Below the pieces are notes generated by a model. That model saw nothing but the letters and a program-made list of their open reading frames with translations. It did not search any database and was not told the DNA's origin. A stretch of DNA of 64,000 nucleotides from an uncultured Gammaproteobacteria bacterium (GTDB taxonomy: Bacteria; Patescibacteriota; Microgenomatia; Levybacterales; UBA12049), in the NCBI GenBank assembly GCA_964512695.1, contig CAZEJU010000003.1, positions 9,897 to 73,896 on the forward strand, given 5' to 3'. The position numbers were made by a program, and so were the translations under genes. This document shows, in pieces, positions 47,958 to 57,850 of the stretch (within the stretch, counting starts at the first letter, position 1; every line of letters starts with the position of its first letter).

Positions 47958-49642
47958 CAAAATATATATCAAAAGAAAGAATTGTTTTTTTATTTATCTT
48001 ATTACTTGCAGCTTTTCTCCGATTTATAAATCTTGATTGGGATCAAGGACAACATTTACATCCTGATGAAAGATTTCTTACGATGGTGGTCAATAAAATA
48101 ACAATTCCCAAATGGTTTAATGAATATTTAAACCCATCTTTATCGAGTCTTAACCCTGTAAATAACGGGTTTGATTTTTTTGTTTACGGTTTATTTCCTC
48201 TTACGATAGCTAAATTCTTTGCAGTATGGACAAATAATGATACGTATGCAACATTTACAGTTTTAGGGCGATGTATCTCTGCTTTCTTTGATTTAATAGC
48301 GGTTATCCTTGTCTATAAAATAGTTGACCTTTTGGGGAAACATTCCAAGCTTCATCACCATACCAAATATTATGCAATGTTTTTCTATGCGATAGCAGTC
48401 CTTCCTATCCAGCTCTCTCATTTCTATGCATCTGATACTTTTTTAAATACTCTTTTTCTTTTTTCAGTATTCTTTATTCTGAAATTTTATTATTTCTCTT
48501 CTTATGCTTCTCTTATAGGTAGCGGGATATTCTACGGACTGGCGTTCTCTTCAAAGGTTAGTGCTATATATGGGGCACCTTTAATTGGTTTTTTTTTATT
48601 TTTCGGATTAGTAAAAAAGAGTTTTAAAGACAAAAAAAATATCCTGTATCTTCTCACTTCTACTTTTTTAACAACTATACTTTTCAGTATTTCGTGCTAT
48701 TTCACAGTAAGAATAGCTAACCCGTATATGTTTTCTTCAGCAAATCTTTTCGATCCCCGGATTAATCCTCAATTTTTTGAAAGTCTTAAGATGTTAAAAT
48801 CCTGGGAAGGCTACGACACTTGGTTTCCTCCAGCAATTCAATGGATTAATAAAATGCCTGTATTATTTAGTCTAATAAACATGGCTATTTTCGGAATTGG
48901 TATTCCATACTTTCTTCTAGTTCTTGCGGGCATAGCATATGTATTGACCAAGAAACGAAAAAGTATTCTTTTTATTCTCGTCTTTTGGTTTCTAGGTATT
49001 TTTATTTATCAGTCAATACAATTCGTGAAAGTAATGCGATATTTTATTTTTCTCTATCCATTTCTAGCGCTTTTATCTGCCATAGGGTTTCAACACCATT
49101 TGCAAAAACAAAAAAATATGATTAAAGGTACTATTCTTTTTATATGTTTTCTATGGCCTCTATCATTTATTTCAATTTACCTACATCCACACTCACGAGT
49201 AACAGCATCTACGTGGATTTATGCCAATATACCTAATAATAGTATCCTCTTAAGTGAATATTGGGATGATGCCTTACCACTACCTATCATGAGTCAGTCT
49301 AAACATTTTTTTGTAGAACAATTACATGTATTTGATCCAGACACTTCAGAAAAATGGCATGAGATGGAACGTCTTCTTTATCAAGCTGACTATTATATTT
49401 TATCGTCAAATCGCGCTTGGGGGAGTATTTCGACAGTTCCTGAGAAATATCCTCGAATGAGTAAATTTTATAAAGATTTATTCGCAGGAAAAACACAATA
49501 TATGAAAGTTCATGAGATAACTTCTTATCCCTCGCTTTCGTATCTAGGAATACCTATTACATTCATTGATGATTGGAGCGACGAATCATTTACTGTATAT
49601 GATCACCCGAAAGTTATTATTTTTAAAAATGTTGCTAAATAA
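47954..49642 (+). CDS. GT-C fold glycosyltransferase (PMT/ArnT-like), copy 2 (tandem paralog)
   Basis: LHPDERFL loop-1 motif and a polytopic membrane protein. 4-nt overlap with copy 1. Confidence 0.6.
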   Translation: MTKYISKERIVFLFILLLAAFLRFINLDWDQGQHLHPDERFLTMVVNKITIPKWFNEYLNPSLSSLNPVNNGFDFFVYGLFPLTIAKFFAVWTNNDTYATFTVLGRCISAFFDLIAVILVYKIVDLLGKHSKLHHHTKYYAMFFYAIAVLPIQLSHFYASDTFLNTLFLFSVFFILKFYYFSSYASLIGSGIFYGLAFSSKVSAIYGAPLIGFFLFFGLVKKSFKDKKNILYLLTSTFLTTILFSISCYFTVRIANPYMFSSANLFDPRINPQFFESLKMLKSWEGYDTWFPPAIQWINKMPVLFSLINMAIFGIGIPYFLLVLAGIAYVLTKKRKSILFILVFWFLGIFIYQSIQFVKVMRYFIFLYPFLALLSAIGFQHHLQKQKNMIKGTILFICFLWPLSFISIYLHPHSRVTASTWIYANIPNNSILLSEYWDDALPLPIMSQSKHFFVEQLHVFDPDTSEKWHEMERLLYQADYYILSSNRAWGSISTVPEKYPRMSKFYKDLFAGKTQYMKVHEITSYPSLSYLGIPITFIDDWSDESFTVYDHPKVIIFKNVAK

Positions 49643-50419
49643 TTATTTTTTCTTCGCTGCTATAAAAAGATAAGGACCTTTTTTCGTATTCTGTTGTGTT
49701 TCTCGTAAAATAACAGACTCCAAATTCCCTAAATATTTTTCTTTTTTTGGAAAAAGAACCCATCTATTAAATATTTTTTTTGTGAGTAGAGAACTAACAC
49801 TTAAATAATGACTGATATCAAAAAGCCACATGATTTTTTTATTATCTAAATAATGTTGAAATTCTATAATTTCTAAGTTATTCGTTTCAAGTTTTTTACT
49901 CCAGGTTTTAACGCTATACATGTTGTAATGTTTCGATTTCTTAACAAAAAACCTTTTGTAAAAGTTGCCTAAGAAGAGGCTACCAAATAAATATTTAGGC
50001 CAGATATCTGTTACAGTTGTAAAATATAGCATCCCTCCTTTTTTTAGTACTCTTGCTGTCTCTAAGAGTACTTCATCGATATTCGAGATATGCTCATATG
50101 TAGAATTACAAACGATTGTATTAAATGTAGCCTTAGGATACGGTATTACCTTACCATCATAGGGTTTAATTTCTTTATACACCTTTCTTTTTTTAGCTTC
50201 TTTTATTGCTGAGCCATTGGGATCAATTCCTGCATCTACTTGGTCAAAAGCAACCTCTGCAAAAAAACCATCTCCACAACCCAAATCGAGTACTGGTTTT
50301 TTAAAAGGTTTATACTTTTGATATAAACTTACTTCTTTAGGTCTAACAATGGAGAAGAAAAATGGTTTTTCTTTAAGAAATGCTTTTAAGTAACTCTTCA
50401 TAAAAAACAATTGTATCAC
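49643..50419 (-). CDS. class I SAM-dependent methyltransferase
   Basis: VLDLGCGDGFF motif I. Confidence 0.7.
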   Translation of the reverse strand: MIQLFFMKSYLKAFLKEKPFFFSIVRPKEVSLYQKYKPFKKPVLDLGCGDGFFAEVAFDQVDAGIDPNGSAIKEAKKRKVYKEIKPYDGKVIPYPKATFNTIVCNSTYEHISNIDEVLLETARVLKKGGMLYFTTVTDIWPKYLFGSLFLGNFYKRFFVKKSKHYNMYSVKTWSKKLETNNLEIIEFQHYLDNKKIMWLFDISHYLSVSSLLTKKIFNRWVLFPKKEKYLGNLESVILRETQQNTKKGPYLFIAAKKK

Positions 50420-51515
50420 GGAAAGAAAATGTTTTCATTAAAGTTTTTCTACTTCTCATATATTTTTTTTTGTTTTTAAATATAATAGCTATTTTATATG
50501 CAATATCTTCACTATTTTTTGGTTCTACTAACTCACCCATACCAGTAACGCTAATAGGTACTCTGACGCCTGGCAAATCGGAAGCAACGACAGGCACACC
50601 TGAAAACATAGCCTCAACTTGAACCATTCCAAATGCTTCTGTAGAGTTAATGCTCGGTAGAACCAAAACATCTATCTGTTTATAGAAAGTTTTCATCTCT
50701 TCAGGTGAAATAGCGCCCACAAAAACTATGTTTCTTTTATATTTCTTAATTAATGGTTGCATGCGAATCCAGTACTTATCTTCACCTGCCGGATGTTCAG
50801 GACCAGCAAATACGATAATAAAATTATCTCCTAGTTGTTTTTTAAGGAAAGGTATTGACTCTATTAAAAACTCAAAACCTTTTTCAGCTGCGAACCTTGC
50901 TGCTACTCCAATTACATATTTATTATCTGCTATCTTCTCTGATAATTCCTTCTTTAATTTTTTATTTTCTGTTCCTGTGAAAGGAATTGGGGGATATACG
51001 TAGACAGTTTTATGTAGAAAAAATTTTAAGGTTCTTGAATGTTGTGCATAATCTTTAGTATATGTGATTATTTTCTCTGCAAACAGTAATGTAATATAGT
51101 GAGAAACATCTAAAAAAAATTTAACTATCAGGTTAATAAAGCCTTTCGGAAGAATAACATCACAATGATAAATACAGTAGAATTTCTTTCTTTGTAAAAA
51201 ACAAAAGAGAGAAGTAATACAGCCTTCAAATTGAGGTAGATGAGAAATGACAACTGAAGATTTGTTAATGTTTTTCCAACTTTCTATAAAAAATTTAGGC
51301 ATAAAAAAACCTTTATGTAATTTTATAAAATAAGGTACTCTTTTAATCTGAACATTGTTAACCTCCTCAATAAGGGGGATTTTTTTGTCATGTTGGGTAG
51401 TAAGAACCGTTATTGAATACTTTCTTTTTGCTAAACTTTCTGCTAAACGACTCGCATAAATGGTAAGTCCAGAAATATAAGGGGTATAATACGTGATCGT
51501 AAAAAGAACGTTCAT
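50373..51515 (-). CDS. GT-B glycosyltransferase, family 4
   Basis: C-terminal EAFGMVQVEAMFSGVPVVASDLPG (E-x7-E region). Confidence 0.75.
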   Translation of the reverse strand: MNVLFTITYYTPYISGLTIYASRLAESLAKRKYSITVLTTQHDKKIPLIEEVNNVQIKRVPYFIKLHKGFFMPKFFIESWKNINKSSVVISHLPQFEGCITSLFCFLQRKKFYCIYHCDVILPKGFINLIVKFFLDVSHYITLLFAEKIITYTKDYAQHSRTLKFFLHKTVYVYPPIPFTGTENKKLKKELSEKIADNKYVIGVAARFAAEKGFEFLIESIPFLKKQLGDNFIIVFAGPEHPAGEDKYWIRMQPLIKKYKRNIVFVGAISPEEMKTFYKQIDVLVLPSINSTEAFGMVQVEAMFSGVPVVASDLPGVRVPISVTGMGELVEPKNSEDIAYKIAIIFKNKKKYMRSRKTLMKTFSFRDTIVFYEELLKSIS

Positions 51516-51550
51516 GAAATTTTCTGAATGGAATCAATGTTATTTCTTAT

Positions 51551-52537
51551 CTATGTGACTAATTTCATTATTCCTTCACCTTTATTCGTTTTGGGTTGCC
51601 AGTGTAAAATTTCTTTTAATTTCGAGTTGTCTGATATATAAACATCCTGATCTCCTGGTCTTTTATCTTTAAAAACTGTTGTGATGTTCGTATGTAGTAT
51701 GTCTTTTAATTCTTCTATACTTTCTAAAAGAGAAATTGTATTTTCCTTTCCACCACCTATATTAAATATTTCACCTGCTACTTTACTCCTACACTTTATG
51801 GCAGCTTCATAAGCTTCGATAAGATCAGATATGTATAAGATATCGCGTACTTGGTATCCTGTTCCATAAATAGTAATTTTGTTCTTTTGTAAAGCCTTTA
51901 TCACAAAATGTGCTAACCAACCTTGATCTTCTATTCCAAATTGGTGTTCACCATAAATGCAAGACTGTCGAAAAACTAATGTAGGTATATCATAAATTCT
52001 TGCATAATCGCGAACATACTGATCTGCTGCGCCTTTAGAACAACCATATGGTGAATAGAAATCTAATGGTTGTTGCTCGGAGATACCATTTGGGTATGTA
52101 ATATCTATATATCTTTTATCTGTATGTTTAATAGTTCCTTTAGAGTTACCATATACTTTATTTGTAGAGCTATAGATTATTAGTGGTTTATGTTTTGCTA
52201 AACGGGCTTGTTCTAAAATATTAAAAGTACCCAAAACATTCACTTCAAAATCATATCTTGGATCTTTAATCGAAGTAGTTACCGCTACTTGACCAGCTAA
52301 ATGAATAATTACTTCATTTTCTTTTATATACTGTTTTATGGAAGAAGCATCTCGGATATCTGCCGTAATTATTTTAACTTTAGGAAATAAAGCAGCAATA
52401 TGTTGGGCATTTAAAGGTGTCCCTTTCCGGGAAAAATTGTCAAGGATTGTAACATCATGACCGTTTTCTAAAAAAAAAAGCGCTGTATTAGTACCTATAA
52501 AACCTGCTCCTCCAGTGATTAAAATTTTCATATACAA
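51551..52537 (-). CDS. NAD-dependent nucleotide-sugar epimerase/dehydratase (extended SDR)
   Basis: KILITGGAGFIGTN, SSTNKVYG, YGCSKGAADQY (YxxxK). Confidence 0.8.
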   Translation of the reverse strand: MYMKILITGGAGFIGTNTALFFLENGHDVTILDNFSRKGTPLNAQHIAALFPKVKIITADIRDASSIKQYIKENEVIIHLAGQVAVTTSIKDPRYDFEVNVLGTFNILEQARLAKHKPLIIYSSTNKVYGNSKGTIKHTDKRYIDITYPNGISEQQPLDFYSPYGCSKGAADQYVRDYARIYDIPTLVFRQSCIYGEHQFGIEDQGWLAHFVIKALQKNKITIYGTGYQVRDILYISDLIEAYEAAIKCRSKVAGEIFNIGGGKENTISLLESIEELKDILHTNITTVFKDKRPGDQDVYISDNSKLKEILHWQPKTNKGEGIMKLVT

Positions 52538-52649
52538 TAAGTTATTCTAGCAAAAACATATCATGAATTATATACACCTTCTATTCAAATTTATAGATAT
52601 GTATCATAGATTCAGAAGTCTAGCTTAGACACTGCAAATCTGTAGTCGA

Positions 52650-53210
52650 GTGGTATATAATAACCTAATCATGAGAATAGGATTTGACCTAGATAATATT
52701 TTTATTAATCACCCGCCCTTTATTCCAGGCAGTATAATTGAACGGTTATATCGGAAAAAAACAAATGGGTCTTTAGAGTATAGAATACCATCTCACTATG
52801 AACAGTTTGTCCGTCGAATTTCGCACGCAGCTTTTTTACGTCCACCTATCAAAAGTAATCTAGAGATTCTCAGCTCTATTCAAAAGAATAAACATTTATT
52901 ATATCTTGTCTCAAGTCGATTCGGTTTTTTGAAAAAACCGACAGAACAGTTAGTTAAAAAATATAAATTGAACTCATTGTTTTCCGAACTGTATTTTAAC
53001 TTTCATAATAAACAACCTCATGAATTTAAGGATGAAATTATTAGAAAGCTTAAAATCGATATATATATTGATGATGATTTATACCTGTTGAAATATATTG
53101 CAGGTAAAAATAATAAAGTAAAATTATTCTGGCTGAACAACAAAAATAATAAAAGAATAAGTCAAAATATAACCGCTATTACATCCCTAAAAGATATCTT
53201 TAAAGAGTAG
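52650..53210 (+). CDS. hypothetical protein, possibly HAD-like
   Basis: GFDLDNIF and IYIDDD resemble HAD motifs I and IV. Confidence 0.3.
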   Translation: MVYNNLIMRIGFDLDNIFINHPPFIPGSIIERLYRKKTNGSLEYRIPSHYEQFVRRISHAAFLRPPIKSNLEILSSIQKNKHLLYLVSSRFGFLKKPTEQLVKKYKLNSLFSELYFNFHNKQPHEFKDEIIRKLKIDIYIDDDLYLLKYIAGKNNKVKLFWLNNKNNKRISQNITAITSLKDIFKE

Positions 53211-53215
53211 ACAAT

Positions 53216-55837
53216 ATGATTTCCAGTGACTTTTTATTTATTATTCAATGGTGGATTCTTCTTTTTCTCCTAGGCATTTTGTTCATACCTTTGACTGTGA
53301 AGCTTTTTTCTAACTTTTGGGATAAAGGATATGCTTTTTCTAAAGTTCTAGGTATCATTCTCTCAAGTTATACGATATTTCTTCTAGGCGTTCTAAAAAT
53401 AGTTCCTTTTACAACTTTCACTATTTACCTAGTATTTTTAGTCCTAGGTATTACTTTATTTGTCAAGTTCAGAAACTTTAGGCAAGAAATATTTGACAAA
53501 AAGATAATTAGGATCTGGTTTTTTGAAGAAATACTCTTCTTTTTGGGCCTTTGGTGGTGGTCTATAGTACGTGCATATAACCCTGAAATCTTTGGATTAG
53601 AAAAATATATGGATTTTGGATTTGTTAACACTATCCTTCGCTCAACATATTTTCCACCTATAGATATGTGGTATCCACCTGAACCCATAAATTATTACTA
53701 TTTCGGGCATCTCATGACAGCAGTCCTAACAAAAGCCTCAGCAATTCCTTCACACATAACTTACAATCTTATGATTGCTACACTTTTTGCTTTGACATTT
53801 ACTCAATCGTTTTCTCTAGGTAGTACCCTTATTAGAAAATTACATGATAAAACTTTTTCTATAAGAAAAGTAGTTCTAGGAGGAATACTCATTGCTTGTC
53901 TTATCACACTCGCTGGCAATTTACACGTTTTCTATGCATTTTTCAAACCATACGAAGCAGATAAACCAAAACCCTTTTGGGAACTAGAATTGTCTCTAAA
54001 AAATCCATGTTACCAAAAAGATTTTTATGAAAAAGATCTTGGTGACGGTACTTTTGAAACAGTTAACTGTTCTCTAGAAGATAAAAAAAAGGTTTCTTTA
54101 TTTCCAAATTCTTACTGGTATCCCAATGCTACCCGTTTTATTTACCACACTATTCATGAATTCCCTATATATTCTTGGGTAGTTGCAGACCTTCATGGAC
54201 ATGTTGCTGATATACCCACTGTTATTTTAAGTATTGCATTTCTTTTCGCTATTTTTCTTACTCATCAAGAAAAAATTAATAAAAAAGCATACACGAGATC
54301 CAAGAAGAATATCATTATTCATGTTTTAACTGTCAGTAAGGAATTTATATTTTTTGGATTTCTTCTCGCTATTATGTTTATGACAAATGCGTGGGATGCA
54401 TTGACATATCTTTTATTAGCGGGTTTATTGCTGCTGTATCTGCAATGGTATCGAACTGTTATTATAAAACAAGATAATATACACCCAGTACAGGTATTAG
54501 TTCCCTCTCTCAGTAACAAAAATCTGCAGAAATACTTCCATCACCATACTATTCTTAATATAGTAACTGGAGCAGCAGTTTATGGAATTGTAATATTATT
54601 TTCATTCTTTGTTTTTTCAAGACCATTTGCGATATTTTTTAATGCTTCTCAAATTGTGGGTGGTATAGGTGTACTTAATGTCCCTTCTTTTATGTTAGAA
54701 AAAAAATCTTTAGATCCTCAAAAAAAAGTCTACGGTCATGATCACCGTCCATTACTATCGAAAATAATTCTACCTGACCACTGCAGGAGTTTATTAACTC
54801 CTGAAGAAACAGATCTAATAACAACACAATATGAAACCAGAAAGATTGGGCCGTTTCTTTTTGAACCAGATCACTGTCTTCGTTCACCGTGGTGGCAATT
54901 ATTAATACTCTATGGATTTTTTTATTTTTTTGTAATTTCTCTAGGATTATTTCTTTGGAAAAAACAAAAAAATATTACTGATATTTTTATCTTTCTTCTT
55001 ATTATTGCTTCTTCTTTGTTAATTATTATTCCTGAGTTTTTTTACATGAAAGATATTTATCCTGATCATTATAGAGCTAACACTATGTTCAAGCTCGTCT
55101 TTCAAGCCTTTATCATGCTTTCTATCGTTTCAGGTTATACAATCTTCCGCATACTTTCTAAGAAAGATCTTTTACGAGCTTCTTTATATCGTAGAACTGC
55201 CTATGTACTTTTTCTTCTATGCTCGACGATTCTATTAACACTTGTATTTACCTATCCGTATTTTGCCATAACTTCTTACTATGCTGGTTATAAAGAGGAT
55301 ATCGATAAAACTATATGTACTACTTTCTCTCCTTATCTTATCTTTATGAAAATAATGACGAAGGAAGAACAGGAAAAATGTTCTTTGAAAACGTCGAAAT
55401 ACATTGGACTGAATGGTTTAATCTATTTAAAAAATCGAAACCTAGTTGATAAAGATGAAGATTTTAAAGCTATTATGTGGTTTAATCAACAAATCAAAGG
55501 TCAGCCTTTCATTCTTGAAGCACAAGGAGATTCTTATTCTGAATATCAACGTATATCATCAAATACTGGACTACCTACTGTTCTTGGATGGTATGTTCAC
55601 GAATGGTTATGGAGGGGAGAAAGCACACCTAAGCCTCGTGCAGATGATATTAAAACATTATATGAATCAGTTAATATACCTGAAACAAAACAATTACTTG
55701 AAAAGTATAGTATTCAATATGTTGTTATAGGTCGGCTGGAGAAAGAAAAGTACGCTAACATCTCTGTTCAAAAGTTTAAAGAACTGGGAAGGGAAGTGTT
55801 CAAAGTGGGGGATACGGTTATTTATGAAATTTTATAG
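53216..55837 (+). CDS. large polytopic membrane protein of the YYY-motif (Chlor_Arch_YYY/DUF2298-like) family; putative glycosyltransferase or polymerase
   Basis: 873 aa with more than 15 TM helices. WYPPEPINYYYFGH motif and a C-terminal soluble domain. Confidence 0.45.
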   Translation: MISSDFLFIIQWWILLFLLGILFIPLTVKLFSNFWDKGYAFSKVLGIILSSYTIFLLGVLKIVPFTTFTIYLVFLVLGITLFVKFRNFRQEIFDKKIIRIWFFEEILFFLGLWWWSIVRAYNPEIFGLEKYMDFGFVNTILRSTYFPPIDMWYPPEPINYYYFGHLMTAVLTKASAIPSHITYNLMIATLFALTFTQSFSLGSTLIRKLHDKTFSIRKVVLGGILIACLITLAGNLHVFYAFFKPYEADKPKPFWELELSLKNPCYQKDFYEKDLGDGTFETVNCSLEDKKKVSLFPNSYWYPNATRFIYHTIHEFPIYSWVVADLHGHVADIPTVILSIAFLFAIFLTHQEKINKKAYTRSKKNIIIHVLTVSKEFIFFGFLLAIMFMTNAWDALTYLLLAGLLLLYLQWYRTVIIKQDNIHPVQVLVPSLSNKNLQKYFHHHTILNIVTGAAVYGIVILFSFFVFSRPFAIFFNASQIVGGIGVLNVPSFMLEKKSLDPQKKVYGHDHRPLLSKIILPDHCRSLLTPEETDLITTQYETRKIGPFLFEPDHCLRSPWWQLLILYGFFYFFVISLGLFLWKKQKNITDIFIFLLIIASSLLIIIPEFFYMKDIYPDHYRANTMFKLVFQAFIMLSIVSGYTIFRILSKKDLLRASLYRRTAYVLFLLCSTILLTLVFTYPYFAITSYYAGYKEDIDKTICTTFSPYLIFMKIMTKEEQEKCSLKTSKYIGLNGLIYLKNRNLVDKDEDFKAIMWFNQQIKGQPFILEAQGDSYSEYQRISSNTGLPTVLGWYVHEWLWRGESTPKPRADDIKTLYESVNIPETKQLLEKYSIQYVVIGRLEKEKYANISVQKFKELGREVFKVGDTVIYEIL

Positions 55838-56965
55838 AGCTTCTTCTGTAGGAATTGGAGTAACAGAACAATTATCGCTTCCATTTTTAATTAAACAGTT
55901 AACATAGGAGTGTATTTGAGAGTAATTATCACTTCCGAGACGAGGAACTATAACCCACTGATAGCCAAACTCTTCATTTGTTTGTGGATTAATGAATAAA
56001 CCTAGTGCTTCAGATTGTTCTCCTCCTACGTTTAATACAGCACTTTCGATCTTAGCTTCTCTCATCTTTTCTGCCAGTTTTACAAAATCATCATACTCTT
56101 CCTTCTTAATATCTGTATCAATACTATCTTGTATTATATCCACTAAACTAAGTACTTTTACAGGATTCAACACTGTACCTGCAGAAAAAATCTTATCTTT
56201 AAATGCCCTAATAACTCTTTCCTGTCTTTGACTTCTTGAGAAGTCGGAACCTTCTACACCTAAAGCGTGACGTGAACGCACATATTTCAATGCTGTTTCA
56301 CCATTCATTTGAGTTATACCTTTATCAAAATGAAGATGTTCATATCTGCATGGAAATGCTTCTAACTGTGCCTCTTCAGTAGCTCGTCTTTGGAACTCTT
56401 CATCTTTAAAGCCGCAATCATCTTCTTCCTTACCTGCAATAGGGTATTCATAATCATCAAATGTTCGTTCCACATCCACATCTATTCCTCCGATGGTATC
56501 AACAGCTTTTATAAAGCCATTAAAGTCTATACGAAAACCATAATCTATATGTTGGCCAAGAATTTCTGAGACTACTTTTTTTGCTTCTTGCAGACCAGAG
56601 CCTTTTTCTTTAGCCTCTGCGTAGGCATAAATAGTATTTATTTTTGCTCGTAGTCGAGAAACCCATAAATCGCGAGGTAGAGATATCAGCACTGCTTTTT
56701 TTGCTTCGGGGTCAATGCTAGCAAGAATGATCGTGTCCGTTAACAGAGGACCTTCATGTCTACCTCCTCCAATTCCGAGCAGAAGAATATTTATCCTTTG
56801 TTCCTTTGTTTTTTTTAATTCTATATTTTTATTAAATGTATATTCGTATACTGGGGTAATAAACTGAAAGATCTTCGTGATTAATAAAAATGCTCCTATT
56901 AAAAAAAGGAGTCCTAAAAGGAAAAAAATTCGTTCTCGTATTGGTTTTTTACGTTTTATGGGCAT
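55832..56965 (-). CDS. LytR-CpsA-Psr (LCP) family cell-envelope glycopolymer ligase
   Basis: N-terminal TM, INILLLGIGGGRHEGPLLTDTIILASIDP...ISLPRDLWV. Confidence 0.8.
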   Translation of the reverse strand: MPIKRKKPIRERIFFLLGLLFLIGAFLLITKIFQFITPVYEYTFNKNIELKKTKEQRINILLLGIGGGRHEGPLLTDTIILASIDPEAKKAVLISLPRDLWVSRLRAKINTIYAYAEAKEKGSGLQEAKKVVSEILGQHIDYGFRIDFNGFIKAVDTIGGIDVDVERTFDDYEYPIAGKEEDDCGFKDEEFQRRATEEAQLEAFPCRYEHLHFDKGITQMNGETALKYVRSRHALGVEGSDFSRSQRQERVIRAFKDKIFSAGTVLNPVKVLSLVDIIQDSIDTDIKKEEYDDFVKLAEKMREAKIESAVLNVGGEQSEALGLFINPQTNEEFGYQWVIVPRLGSDNYSQIHSYVNCLIKNGSDNCSVTPIPTEEAL

Positions 56966-57053
56966 ATTCCAATAAAAATAGGTCTATAAGCAAATGAAAG
57001 TCTTATAAACCCAATTATACAATGTATTTATTCTTTCTTTGAAAAGGTAACTC

Positions 57054-57719
57054 TTACGAATTCAAAATAATATTAACGAATGAATCTGCATCTAGACTGG
57101 ATTTCCCGGGTAAAACTCCTGCTATATGATCTTTCTCTGTAAATGATCTCACATTTTCTCCAGTAACACTCCCACCATATATAATGTTTTCTATACCTTT
57201 ATTTGCGATTTCTAAAGCAACACGTTCTGCGTTATCTGGTGTATCGGCCTGACCTGTTCCTATAGCAAACAATGGTTCGTAAGCTACAATCTTTACTCCT
57301 GCTGGGATAGATGTCTCACTATCTTTGACACAGAAGATTGGAGTTAACCCATTTGCTAAAGCCATCGTAACTTTTTTAGCCAAGACTTCATCTGTTTCAG
57401 CAAAATTTTGTCTTCGTTCAGAATGTCCAATAATTACAAATGAACAGTATTCGCTAAGTTGTTTACCATTTATTGCACCTGTATAGGCACCTTCCCCAAA
57501 CGGAGAAATATCCTGCGCAGCAAGGTGTATATCTAAAGCATATTTTCCTATGAGAGATTTTGCTAATGGTAAAAAGAGATATGGAACGCAAATAACGGTT
57601 TTCTTAAATGCATCTTTTGCTATGAGATCTTTTTTATGAGCTATTTTTTCAAACCATTCCACGGTTTGCGAAGATGATTTATTTGACTTCCAATTCCCAA
57701 TAATATAAATATTTTTCAT
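57054..57719 (-). CDS. tpiA: triosephosphate isomerase (short form)
   Basis: GNWKSN, IIGHSERR, YEPLFAIGTG, GGSV. Confidence 0.8.
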   Translation of the reverse strand: MKNIYIIGNWKSNKSSSQTVEWFEKIAHKKDLIAKDAFKKTVICVPYLFLPLAKSLIGKYALDIHLAAQDISPFGEGAYTGAINGKQLSEYCSFVIIGHSERRQNFAETDEVLAKKVTMALANGLTPIFCVKDSETSIPAGVKIVAYEPLFAIGTGQADTPDNAERVALEIANKGIENIIYGGSVTGENVRSFTEKDHIAGVLPGKSSLDADSFVNIILNS

Positions 57720-57850
57720 ATGGTTTGCCTCTTCAACTTCTCAAAAAAATGCATATACCTAACGAAGCCTTGTTTGAATATTTAACTATATCATAGTTAT
57801 ACTTTTGACAGCTACGAAGGTACTTACTTGCTTTTGTAAATCAAAGCAAA

